DNA from: a bacterium
Lineage (GTDB): Bacteria > Patescibacteriota > Patescibacteriia > Patescibacteriales > JAKAJF01
Reading direction: 5' to 3'
Assembly: GCA_021788015.1 (NCBI GenBank)
Contig: JAJYLD010000005.1
Span: 349-64,348, forward strand
DNA: 64,000 nt
A program made the position numbers and the translations under genes. The notes under the pieces were generated by a model that ran no database searches, was not told where the DNA came from, and saw only the letters and a program-made list of their open reading frames with translations. Positions 1 through 9,050 of the stretch are shown here, in pieces. Position 1 is the first letter of the stretch. Every line of letters starts with the position of its first letter.

Positions 1-14
1 GCGACGTTGTTTAT

Positions 15-1169
15 TTGTTTCAAGGCCATCCCGGAACAGGAAAAACGACTTTGGCCAAACTGATGATAAGAAAGTTGATTCAGGAAAAAAAAGTCGATCC
101 CAAAAATATTTTTTATTATTCTTGCGCCAACATCGATTCTTATGAGGGCGTAAATGAGTTGATAAAAATTTTTATCAATTGGCGCAAACCGCTACGAAAA
201 AATCGCCTTTATATTCTCATCGATGAAATTTCTTTAATTAAAAACTGGCATCATGGCGTCGGGTGCCTTAAGCGCGCCGGAAAATTAAAAAACGCGACTT
301 TATTTTTGTTCGGCTCGATTTCGGAGAAAAGTATAAAGGCGGATTATTTTTTAAAAACTCTGGACTTTCCCGATTTTATCGATTTGATCAATCCGAAGCT
401 TTTGAAAGACGGCGTTAAAATAAGCAGACTCGATTATTATCTTGACATTTACTTTTTAACCGGAGGTTTTTTTGAAAACATAAACAATTACAAAGAAGAT
501 GGCCATATCGGCAGAAAAAATTACGAAGAATTTTTATGCCGGATTAATTCGGCCGTAACCAAATCGGGGCGTAACGCCATCTTGCTTCGGCAGATTTTGG
601 AGCAGGTTATTTTAAATTTGGGCGAGCCGGTCGGCTATCAAACGATCGCCAAAAAAACAAAAGCGAAATCGCATCTCACCATCGCTGAATATCTCGGATT
701 TTTGGAATCCATGTTTTACATCAAAACCATTTACCAAGAAGACAAAAATAAAGCGACCCAAAAAGCGAAAAAAATTTATTTTCCCGATCCGTTTCTTTTC
801 TGGCTTTTCTATTCTTACATCTACGGCGCCGTCGACCCTTGGCAATTCGGTCTGGAAAAATTGCGTGAACAAAGCATTTTTTCCGCCTTGATTAATAACA
901 TAATTTTTAGTCATCTCGACAAGAACGGTTTCGAAGTTTCTTACTGGCGTGACAGTTTGAAAAACTCGGAAATCGATTTCATCGCCAAAAAAAATAAAAA
1001 AATAACGCCTATTTTGGTGCGTTATCAAGGAATCGCAGAAAAGGATTTTAAAATTTTCGAGCAGGCGGGACTTAAAAACGGAATCATTATCAGTAAAAAC
1101 GAATCAAGCGAGCAAGGAAAAATTAAAGTTATTCCGTTGTTAAAATTTTTAATTTCCGGTTCCTCTTAA
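15..1169 (+). CDS. AAA+ ATPase with DUF4143-like C-terminal region; 5' end probably outside the window
   Basis: ORF is open to the window edge. P-loop GHPGTGKTT at residues 4-12. Length and layout resemble the common ATPase+DUF4143 family (recalled). Confidence 0.6.
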   Translation: MFQGHPGTGKTTLAKLMIRKLIQEKKVDPKNIFYYSCANIDSYEGVNELIKIFINWRKPLRKNRLYILIDEISLIKNWHHGVGCLKRAGKLKNATLFLFGSISEKSIKADYFLKTLDFPDFIDLINPKLLKDGVKISRLDYYLDIYFLTGGFFENINNYKEDGHIGRKNYEEFLCRINSAVTKSGRNAILLRQILEQVILNLGEPVGYQTIAKKTKAKSHLTIAEYLGFLESMFYIKTIYQEDKNKATQKAKKIYFPDPFLFWLFYSYIYGAVDPWQFGLEKLREQSIFSALINNIIFSHLDKNGFEVSYWRDSLKNSEIDFIAKKNKKITPILVRYQGIAEKDFKIFEQAGLKNGIIISKNESSEQGKIKVIPLLKFLISGSS

Positions 1170-1603
1170 AAAAATTTTTTGATTCCCATTAATTCATTGG
1201 ACTTCTTTAATTTTTTTAAACTTTCTTCTATATATTTAAGGATTTTTTTCTCCGTTTTGATATTTTTAAATTTAATCCATTTAAACTCGGTATGATCATT
1301 ATGATTCAGTTTGATTTTACCGCCGGAATAAATCCCTAGAAAAATCATCCGGACGAAACGCGTCTTCTTTTTTAAATCAAGATCGCAGGTAAAATTTATT
1401 AAGTGAAGCGATTGAAGTTTTAGGCCCGTTTCTTCAAAAATTTCTCGTAAAGCGGCTTTCTCCTGATTCTCGTTTTCTTTTGCCGCGCCGCCGGGGACAT
1501 CCCAAAAGCCGGGATAGATTTTTTCCGTATCCGCCCTTTTTATAATCAAAAATTCTCGATTCCGGTCGAATATAATTGTATGCGCTATCAGTTTTGTTTT
1601 CAT
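1166..1603 (-). CDS. NUDIX hydrolase
   Basis: Nudix box GAAKENENQEKAALREIFEETGL fits GX5EX7REUXEEXGU. The 4-nt overlap with the next gene suggests an operon. Confidence 0.85.
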   Translation of the reverse strand: MKTKLIAHTIIFDRNREFLIIKRADTEKIYPGFWDVPGGAAKENENQEKAALREIFEETGLKLQSLHLINFTCDLDLKKKTRFVRMIFLGIYSGGKIKLNHNDHTEFKWIKFKNIKTEKKILKYIEESLKKLKKSNELMGIKKFF

Positions 1604-2361
1604 TAATATTTTTTTAAAATCTCGGAAAGATTTTTAAACCGTTTTGTCGCTTTTATTTCTTCTTCAAAAAATTTTTTCTTTTTCCAAAAAACGCGGTATG
1701 CTTTGGCCTCTTTTTTCGCGGCGACGATTCTAAATTTTTCATCAACGACCTCAAGGGCGGCGGAATTGTCCAAGGCGATCGCGACGCTCGTCGCTTTTTT
1801 CATCATTTCTTTGAGCGATTTTTTTCTGCCTTTTTCCGTATGATAATGGGGGCAGTTTAAAGCGTCGATGAAACCGAGACCGCCGACTTTGATCAATTTG
1901 AATTCGGTTTTTTTATTTGCGAACTTGCGCGAATCGCTATTGCCATATTTGAACCAGCAGATCGAACCCGCGCTCAGGCCCGATAAAACGATTCCTTTTT
2001 TTAAAGCCGTTTTTAAAATTTTGTCGACACCGGTTTTTCGCCAGGCGTTCATCATTTTTAAAGTGTTTCCGCCACCGACGTAAATTATGTCCGCTCCGAA
2101 AATTTTCTTTTTTATTTCCGCTTGCACGGGTTTTTCGCGAATAAGATAAAGGACATCGATCTCGCAGCCGAGCCGTTTTCCAAAATGTTTTTTAACGGTT
2201 TCGACATAACCTTCGGAATCGGAGCTGGCCGTCGGAATAAAAAGCAGCTTGGGATTTTTCTTCCCGCTCAACTTGATGATTTCTTTATCGATTTTTGTTG
2301 TTTCGACAGGAAAGCCCGGTCGGCCGATTTCACCTCCGCCGATAGCGATGATTTTAGGCAT
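1603..2361 (-). CDS. Peptidase S51 / dipeptidase E-like (cyanophycinase family)
   Basis: N-terminal IIAIGGGEIG, GGGNT and LSGLSAGS (nucleophile Ser context) are typical of S51 peptidases. Confidence 0.65.
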   Translation of the reverse strand: MPKIIAIGGGEIGRPGFPVETTKIDKEIIKLSGKKNPKLLFIPTASSDSEGYVETVKKHFGKRLGCEIDVLYLIREKPVQAEIKKKIFGADIIYVGGGNTLKMMNAWRKTGVDKILKTALKKGIVLSGLSAGSICWFKYGNSDSRKFANKKTEFKLIKVGGLGFIDALNCPHYHTEKGRKKSLKEMMKKATSVAIALDNSAALEVVDEKFRIVAAKKEAKAYRVFWKKKKFFEEEIKATKRFKNLSEILKKY

Positions 2362-2584
2362 GGTTTAAGTTTAACATTTTTCAAGGGAAAGCTCTAGAAA
2401 TTTGGCGAAAACCAAGTAACTTGAGAGAAATATTAAGGAAATTATGCGAATATTGACAAAACTCCTAAAATTAGCTATTATAAAAGTGTTATTTAGAATA
2501 ACACTTTTTTGTTCTAATAACATTTTTGAACATTGAAAAACACTCCGCCTCGGCGGGGTAAAAATATAAATACGGAGGAAATCG

Positions 2585-2881
2585 ATGGAAAAAAAGTTTG
2601 GTTTTATAAGTTTTCTTGGATTGTCATGCAACCGATTGCCCTCCTTTTCTGGATTTTGGGGAAGAGGGTCTGTGGTCGGAATATTCGGTGAAGGCGGAAT
2701 TCATCGCGAGGGCCAGGTCATACCGGTTTTCGCTGTCCTGGCCAAGCGTTACAACGTTCCCGTACTGCCGGTAAAAATTGAGCCGGGCAGAATTATTTTC
2801 GGCAAGCCGGTCTTTATTAAAAAGGTTGGGGATTGGGAAGTGCAGGCAAAGAATGTAATGAATATAATATACGATTTATAA
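2585..2881 (+). pseudogene. C-terminal fragment of a lysophospholipid (PlsC-like) acyltransferase; truncated gene or remnant
   Basis: IFGEGGIHREGQV...VPVLPVKIE resembles the FPEGTR...P(I/V)VPV part of LPLAT enzymes. The N-terminal HX4D half is absent. Confidence 0.35.
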
Positions 2882-2897
2882 AGGGGGAATCGGAATA

Positions 2898-4004
2898 ATG
2901 AAAAGAAAGTTTGTTTTTTTAATTCATCCCCGGACCATCGATGATTTTTATCGCAGGCTCGGGAATATGCTTGGGTTAAGAGAAGCTGCGGGGATGAAAT
3001 TCTTACCGTATTTATTTCCAAAGCCCGTGGCAAAATGGGTCTTAAAGCGCTTAAGGGGTAGGGCGGGTTTTACCATCTGCTCCCATTTTCGGGCGGGTGA
3101 AGAAGTTGAAGGCTATATTATCGCAATTCTTTTAACCGGAGATCAGATGATTAATCTCCCCCACGCTTTCGTGAGAGATAGGATAATTGATGCGATCATC
3201 TATGCCCGAGATGTACTTGGGGTCGAGAGAGTGGGGTTGGGCGCCTATACTGCGCCTATGACTTTAGGCGGGTATGAAGTTTTCAGGGATAAACGATTTC
3301 ATTTTAACAAATCGAAAAAATCTTGCCGCATAACACACGGAGATTCCCTGACTTCGGTCGCCGCCGTAGAGGCTCTTAAAAAGGGCCTTACTTTAAAGGG
3401 TCGAATCTTTGGGGACAGCATTGTCGGGATTGTCGGAGCCTACGGCGTGGTGGGCAGGGCCGCTGCCATTCTTACTTCTGAGCTGGGTCCGAAGAAACTT
3501 ATTCTTACCGGGCCTAATGTCAGAAAGCTTCAGGAAGTAAGAAATGAAATCGCCAAGACTTTTCAAGGCGAGATACTCACTTCCCAGGATAATTCCACTG
3601 TTTCCGAAGCGGACGCTTTAATCCTGGCCACTTCCGCTCCCACTGACATCATTTCAGCTTCGATGCTCAAAGAGAACGCGGTGGTAGTGGACATGTCTCA
3701 GCCCGTGAATATGAGCAAGAGTGTTTGCGAGCAAAGACTAGATGTACTTCGGATAGACGGCGGATTTATGCACGTCCCCGGGGTTAATCTTGGTTTCGAA
3801 ATGGGTCCTCCGGCAGAAACAACCTTCGCCTGCCTGACCGAGACTATGGTATCTACTATAGTAGGCGATCAGGACAACCATATCGGCCAGGTGGATGTCA
3901 ATTTCGCAAAAAGAATTTTTACCGAGGGGCAGGAAAGGGGATTTGTTTTAGCCCCTTTAACCAACTTCTCGGAGTCCATTGAGAAAGGAGGGAAAAAATT
4001 ATAG
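2898..4004 (+). CDS. Acyl-ACP reductase (AAR)-like / shikimate-DH-like NAD(P)-binding oxidoreductase
   Basis: FLIHP N-terminus, GxxGxxG-like IVGAYGVVGRA and FACLTETMV (compare FACFAEAML of cyanobacterial AAR). Similarity judged from memory. GGGG SD-like run upstream. Confidence 0.5.
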   Translation: MKRKFVFLIHPRTIDDFYRRLGNMLGLREAAGMKFLPYLFPKPVAKWVLKRLRGRAGFTICSHFRAGEEVEGYIIAILLTGDQMINLPHAFVRDRIIDAIIYARDVLGVERVGLGAYTAPMTLGGYEVFRDKRFHFNKSKKSCRITHGDSLTSVAAVEALKKGLTLKGRIFGDSIVGIVGAYGVVGRAAAILTSELGPKKLILTGPNVRKLQEVRNEIAKTFQGEILTSQDNSTVSEADALILATSAPTDIISASMLKENAVVVDMSQPVNMSKSVCEQRLDVLRIDGGFMHVPGVNLGFEMGPPAETTFACLTETMVSTIVGDQDNHIGQVDVNFAKRIFTEGQERGFVLAPLTNFSESIEKGGKKL

Positions 4005-4063
4005 GGGAGATTTTTATCTCCCCTCTTTTTTTATGGTATAATAAAACTGAAAAAGATAAATTT

Positions 4064-6217
4064 ATGTATATAGTCATTCTTCCTTTATTAAGCGGAATTT
4101 TGGTTTTATATTTGGGCTTTTTTATTTTTTTAAAAAATAAAAGATCAAAACTTAATTTGATTTTTTTATTTTTTTCTTTTGCAACGTTTATTTGGTTTTT
4201 CGGCACCTTCATGATGTTTTTAAGCAAGGACAGTGAGAGGGCTTTATTTTGGGACAAATTTGTTTATATCGGCGTAATTTTTATACCCGTGCTGGTTTAC
4301 GATTTTGGAATGATTTTTATAAATCAGGAGCCCAAAAAGAGAAAAATAATATTTTACGGATATTTTTTTTCAACATTTTTTTTGATTTTGGATTTGTTCT
4401 CCCCATTTTTTATAAACGGTACTTTTAAATATGAATGGGGGTTTCATTCCAGGGCACAACTTTTTCATCACTTTTTTTTATTTTATTTCATTCTTTATCT
4501 GTTTTTGCTTTTTTACGAGCTTTACGTGGCATATAAAAGCAGCATCGGTTTAATAAAGGAACAACTTAAATATCTTTTTGTTGCTCTTCTGTTTTTAACA
4601 ACAGGTTCAATAGCTTTTTTGCCGGCTTACGGGATGGATGTTTATCCTTTCGCGTACATTTCCGGAGTTATTTTTACGGTCATCATGACCTACGCCATCG
4701 TCCGCCACCAGCTTATGGACATAAAATTGGTCATGCGGCGCTCTTCGGTTTATTTGTTCTCTCTCGTTTCCATCATTCTTCCCGCTTACGGCCTTGAAGT
4801 GGCCCTGGGCATCCTCGGTTTTAACAATTCAATTTTGATCGACTCTTCTATTTTAATCGGCAGCATCGCTCTTTTTCCGGTCATGAAAGATTATTATTAC
4901 CGGCTCGCGAATAAATATTTTTTCTCGTCTCTTTACGACACGAAAAAGATCATCTCCGATTTAAGCAATGAGTTGCGCCAAACTCTTTTCGCCTCAAAAA
5001 TTTACGATTTCATTTCCAGCGTTTTAATGAACGCTTTTCACGTCAAAGCGCTGGCGATTTTAACTTATGACAAAAAAAGCGGAAATTACAATCTTAAACA
5101 TGCAATCGGCTTTGACTTCGGCAAAGAAAAATTTATCGTCGAAAACAAGGATATCCAGGAAAAATATTTCAGCGAAAACAAAACCATTATTGTCGAAGAA
5201 TTGAAAATGGAAGCGCGCGAAGAATATAAAGATTTTATAAACAAACTTTTGCATTTAAAAATCGAAGTGTTGACCCCGCTTAATTTAAAAAACGAAACTG
5301 TTGGTGTTATCGTTCTCGGACCGAAAGAATCGGGAGACATGTTCAATGAAGAAGATTTTGAAGTGCTGAGAATCGTCGGAGCCCAAGCCGCCATGGCCCT
5401 GGAAAACGCCTTGCTTTACGAAAAAACGAGAAGATTCAACGTTAAATTGAGAAAGGAAGTGGAAATGGCGACGGCGGACTTAAGAGAGGCGAACGAAAGG
5501 CTGAAAAAGCTGGACGAAGCAAAGAGCGATTTTATTTCCATAGCTTCGCACCAATTGCGCACCCCCTTGACGGCGATCAAGGGTTATATTTCCATGATGC
5601 TCGAGGGTGATTTCGGACCCTTGACCGAAAAAGAAAAACAGGTCTTGGAATTGGTTTTTCGTTCGGCGGAAAGGCTTATCAATTTAGTTGAAGATTTGCT
5701 GAATTTATCCCGCATCGAATCGGGAAGAATGCAATTTGTTTTTTCCGAAATCGATCTTAAAAATATGGTAACGGCGGCGGTAAATCGCATGAAGAACGCG
5801 ACCGAGGCGAAGGGATTGGAATTGGATTTCGAATCTCCTTCCGATTTGCCGAAAGTAAAAATGGACGAAGAGAAAATAAAACAAATTATTTTAAATTTTA
5901 TAGACAACGCAATCAAACACACGGATAGGGGCAAAATTTCAGTCGGCTTGAAAAAGAATGTCGACGGAATCGAATTTTCCGTAGCCGACACGGGAGCGGG
6001 GATAGACCGGAAAGCGTTGCCCGATTTATTCAAAAGGTTCACTCGCAGACCGGGAATTCTTGTCGCCGAAGGGATGGGCCTCAGCCTATATTTGGCCAAA
6101 GAAATTCTAAAGGCTCACCGCGGCCGCGTCTGGGCGGAAAGCGAGGGCGAGGGCAAGGGTAGCGTCTTTCATTTTTTATTGCCTATAGATTTGGAATCAA
6201 ATAAAAAATCTGGATAG
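4064..6217 (+). CDS. Sensor histidine kinase (multi-TM N-terminus, GAF-like, HisKA, HATPase_c)
   Basis: H-box SIASHQLRTPLTAIKGY, N-box NFIDNAIKHT, G-boxes DTGAGI and GMGLSL. About 7 hydrophobic N-terminal segments. Confidence 0.9.
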   Translation: MYIVILPLLSGILVLYLGFFIFLKNKRSKLNLIFLFFSFATFIWFFGTFMMFLSKDSERALFWDKFVYIGVIFIPVLVYDFGMIFINQEPKKRKIIFYGYFFSTFFLILDLFSPFFINGTFKYEWGFHSRAQLFHHFFLFYFILYLFLLFYELYVAYKSSIGLIKEQLKYLFVALLFLTTGSIAFLPAYGMDVYPFAYISGVIFTVIMTYAIVRHQLMDIKLVMRRSSVYLFSLVSIILPAYGLEVALGILGFNNSILIDSSILIGSIALFPVMKDYYYRLANKYFFSSLYDTKKIISDLSNELRQTLFASKIYDFISSVLMNAFHVKALAILTYDKKSGNYNLKHAIGFDFGKEKFIVENKDIQEKYFSENKTIIVEELKMEAREEYKDFINKLLHLKIEVLTPLNLKNETVGVIVLGPKESGDMFNEEDFEVLRIVGAQAAMALENALLYEKTRRFNVKLRKEVEMATADLREANERLKKLDEAKSDFISIASHQLRTPLTAIKGYISMMLEGDFGPLTEKEKQVLELVFRSAERLINLVEDLLNLSRIESGRMQFVFSEIDLKNMVTAAVNRMKNATEAKGLELDFESPSDLPKVKMDEEKIKQIILNFIDNAIKHTDRGKISVGLKKNVDGIEFSVADTGAGIDRKALPDLFKRFTRRPGILVAEGMGLSLYLAKEILKAHRGRVWAESEGEGKGSVFHFLLPIDLESNKKSG

Positions 6218-6307
6218 AAGAGGCAATCTCAAAAATCAAAATTCATATTACACGCAATGTTTATAATTTAATGATTTTTATTGTTCGGTTTATGTTTATC
6301 TAAATTT

Positions 6308-8494
6308 ATGACTTTTTTCGCATTTTCAGCTTTAGTTAACGCTTTGATCAGCTTTTTTCTGGGCTCTTTAGTTTACGCGAGAGGCAAAAATTTCCTGAAT
6401 AAAAGTTTTAGCCAGCTTAACTTTGTTATAGCTTTTTGGAGTTTTGGCTATGTTCTTTGGCAGCTTAGCACTTCACAATATCTCGCTTTGGCTTTATTAA
6501 AGGCCATGATGATTTTTGGTCTCTTGGTCGCGCCCTTTGATTATCTTTTTACCATTTATTTTCTTGGAATCGAGAAAAAGCAAAAAATTTCGATTTATTT
6601 TACATATATCGCTTCCGCGCTGTTTGCTCTAATCGATATTTTCAGTAACGGAATCGTAAACGGAGTGGATAAAAAAATGGAATTTAAATTTTGGCCGAAT
6701 GCCGGCCCGTTGCTTTCAGTCTATTTGGTAATTTTCGCTTTTTGGCTTTTGAATTCTCTGTATTTTTTAATCAGAGAATACAAAAGGACGAAAAGCGGAA
6801 TCAAAAAAGAGCAGCTGAGATATATTTTAATCGGCAGTCTTTTGGGATACGCCGGAGGATCAACCAATTTTTTCCTTTGGTATAATATTCAAATTCCCCC
6901 ATATGGGAATATTTTTATTTCCCTTCTAATCATGATGATGTTTTACGCCGTTTTTACCCATCACATCATTGACATAAAAGTGGCTGCGCGTCGGTATTCG
7001 GTTTATCTTTTTTCTTTGCTCACGATCATTCTGCCGGCCTTGATCGTTAAAATATTTTTAAGCTCTCATTTTCAGAATTCGACTGTTTTAAATATCACCA
7101 TACTCATACTCGGCGTTTCTTTTTTTCCCGCGGTCAAAGATTTCTTCTATAAATTATCCAACAAGTATTTCTTTTCTTCTCTTTACAACCCGAAACAGGT
7201 TATCGCCGAACTTGGAGAAAATTTGAACATGTTTTTGGAAGCCGATAAAATTTATTATTTTATTTCCGACTTGATAATGAATTCTTTTCATTCCAAAGCA
7301 ATCGCTGTTTTGCTTTATGATAACGACAAAGAAACTTATTTTCATATAAAGTATAACAACGGTTTCGATCCGGATAATTTAATAAAAATAAACATTGAAA
7401 AAAATATTAAAAATGAATTTTTAGAAAATAAGATTATTTATTTTGAAGAATTGAGACATAACCATTACGCGGAATTTAAAGAATTTATTCGAAGCGTGAC
7501 TGATCTGGAAATGGCGGCTTTCGTGCCCATAAATTTAAAGAACAAAAGATTGGGCCTGATCGTGCTCGGGCCGAAAGAATCCGGAGATATTTATAACGAA
7601 GACGACGCCGACGTTTTGAAAATTATGAGCTCTCAAACCTCGATAGCTCTTGAAAATGCGTTTCTGTACGAAGAAACGGAAATGTTTAACGTCAAATTAA
7701 AAAAAGAGATAGATATGGCGGTGGCCGATTTAAAGAAAGCCAACGCGAAATTAAAAGAACTTGATGAAGCGAAGAGTGAATTCATTTCCATCGCCTCACA
7801 TCAATTGCGCACGCCTTTGACGGCGATAAAGGGCTATGTTTCAATGATGCTCGAAGGCGATTTTGGCAGGCTGGAACAGAAAAAAGAGGAATCTTTAAAG
7901 AAAGTGTTCGATTCGAATCAGAGATTAATCGGATTGATTGAAGATCTTTTGGACGTCTCTCGCATTGAGTCGGGGAAAATGGAATACAATTTTAAAGAAG
8001 CGCGACTTAACGGCATGGTTTTAAGCGTCATAGACGAGCTTGCAAATTATGCAAAAAATAAAAATTTGAATTTAGAATTTGAAAAACCGAACGAAGGATT
8101 GCCGGAAATAAGAATGGACGAAGAAAAAATCAGGCTGGTGATTATGAATCTGATTGATAATGCCATTAAGTATACGCAAAAAGGATTCGTGCGAGTCAGT
8201 TTAAAAGTAAATAACCCACCCTCCCTTACTAAAGGGGGCACAGTTGAGTTTTGCGTCAGTGATTCAGGGATGGGAGTAAGACCGGAAGATTTACCTAATC
8301 TTTTTCAAAAGTTTACCCGCGGCACCGGTACGTCTCTCGTTCATACCGAAGGCACGGGGCTCGGGCTTTATGTCGCTCGTCAAATGATCGAGGCTCATCA
8401 CGGTCATATTTGGGCGGAAAGCGACGGGGAAGGGAAGGGATCAAGGTTTTGTTTCAGTTTACCAATTAAATATACGGTAAAAGTGCAAAAATAA
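6308..8494 (+). CDS. Sensor histidine kinase, tandem paralog of 4064-6217
   Basis: Same architecture and near-identical H-box SIASHQLRTPLTAIKGY. ATG 6308 preferred over the TTG at 6281. Confidence 0.9.
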   Translation: MTFFAFSALVNALISFFLGSLVYARGKNFLNKSFSQLNFVIAFWSFGYVLWQLSTSQYLALALLKAMMIFGLLVAPFDYLFTIYFLGIEKKQKISIYFTYIASALFALIDIFSNGIVNGVDKKMEFKFWPNAGPLLSVYLVIFAFWLLNSLYFLIREYKRTKSGIKKEQLRYILIGSLLGYAGGSTNFFLWYNIQIPPYGNIFISLLIMMMFYAVFTHHIIDIKVAARRYSVYLFSLLTIILPALIVKIFLSSHFQNSTVLNITILILGVSFFPAVKDFFYKLSNKYFFSSLYNPKQVIAELGENLNMFLEADKIYYFISDLIMNSFHSKAIAVLLYDNDKETYFHIKYNNGFDPDNLIKINIEKNIKNEFLENKIIYFEELRHNHYAEFKEFIRSVTDLEMAAFVPINLKNKRLGLIVLGPKESGDIYNEDDADVLKIMSSQTSIALENAFLYEETEMFNVKLKKEIDMAVADLKKANAKLKELDEAKSEFISIASHQLRTPLTAIKGYVSMMLEGDFGRLEQKKEESLKKVFDSNQRLIGLIEDLLDVSRIESGKMEYNFKEARLNGMVLSVIDELANYAKNKNLNLEFEKPNEGLPEIRMDEEKIRLVIMNLIDNAIKYTQKGFVRVSLKVNNPPSLTKGGTVEFCVSDSGMGVRPEDLPNLFQKFTRGTGTSLVHTEGTGLGLYVARQMIEAHHGHIWAESDGEGKGSRFCFSLPIKYTVKVQK
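8213..8240 (+). repeat. GC-rich palindromic unit (family D) in frame in the kinase HATPase domain
   Basis: aacccaccctcccttactaaagggggcac encodes NPPSLTKGG. This segment is absent from the aligned position of the paralog at 4064-6217 (LKKNVDGIEF versus LKVNNPPSLTKGGTVEF). Confidence 0.6.
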
Positions 8495-8562
8495 ATGTTT
8501 AAATTTTCGATTTTTAAATAAACATAATTTTATAATTTTCAATAAAAAGTTTGGAAATTACA

Positions 8563-9042
8563 TCATTGAAAATTGTTTAAAAATTTAAAATTAGAAATTA
8601 AAAATTATAACTTGTAATTGCATTTGACCAATTTTCAAAGACGCATTATAATAATTTAGTAATACATTTATTTTAAAATTTATGATTAAAGTGGACAAAG
8701 ATTTATGCATCGGCTGCGGAACATGCGCGGCTTTGTGCCCGGATACTTTTCAAATCGGAGCCGACGGGAAATCCGAAGCTGTAAATCAAAACAATATGGA
8801 TTGCGCGAAGAAAGCGGCGGAAAGTTGCCCGGTACAGGCGATAAGCGCGGAGTAAAAAATAACGTGTTGAATAAAAACGGCCCGAAAGGGTTGTTTTTTA
8901 ATGGAGGAGATGGTAAAATAAAATTTCCAAATGAAATTTCTAGTTTTAAATTTTTAATTTTTAAACAATTTTCAATGAATCAATTTTTAAAATTTAAAAT
9001 TAAGATATTATTTAAAAATTATAAAATTAGAAATTAAAAATT
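8563..9042. repeat. Repeat bracket around the ferredoxin gene: 23-bp perfect inverted repeat plus 20-bp direct repeat
   Basis: IR is TCATTGAAAATTGTTTAAAAATT at 8563-8585, with its exact reverse complement at 8956-8978. DR is AAAATTAGAAATTAAAAATT at 8587-8606 and 9023-9042. Confidence 0.8.
8682..8855 (+). CDS. Small [4Fe-4S]/[3Fe-4S] ferredoxin (57 aa; below the ORF-track cutoff)
   Basis: MIKVDKDLCIGCGTCAALCP...CPVQAI carries the CxxCxxCxxxCP motif plus a distal CP. Confidence 0.8.
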   Translation: MIKVDKDLCIGCGTCAALCPDTFQIGADGKSEAVNQNNMDCAKKAAESCPVQAISAE

Positions 9043-9050
9043 TTTATATT

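Noticed and set aside
2453-2510. TTGACA-17-TATTAT followed immediately by the hairpin AAAGTGTTAT-ttaga-ATAACACTTT plus T6, considered as a tiny sRNA gene.
   Set aside because: The transcript would be only about 30 nt, consisting of the terminator itself. It is more likely a bidirectional terminator next to a chance promoter-like match.
8500-9050. AT-rich short repeats around the ferredoxin gene, considered as a possible CRISPR array.
   Set aside because: There is no regular repeat-spacer periodicity. There is only one inverted pair and one direct pair, and no cas genes in the window.
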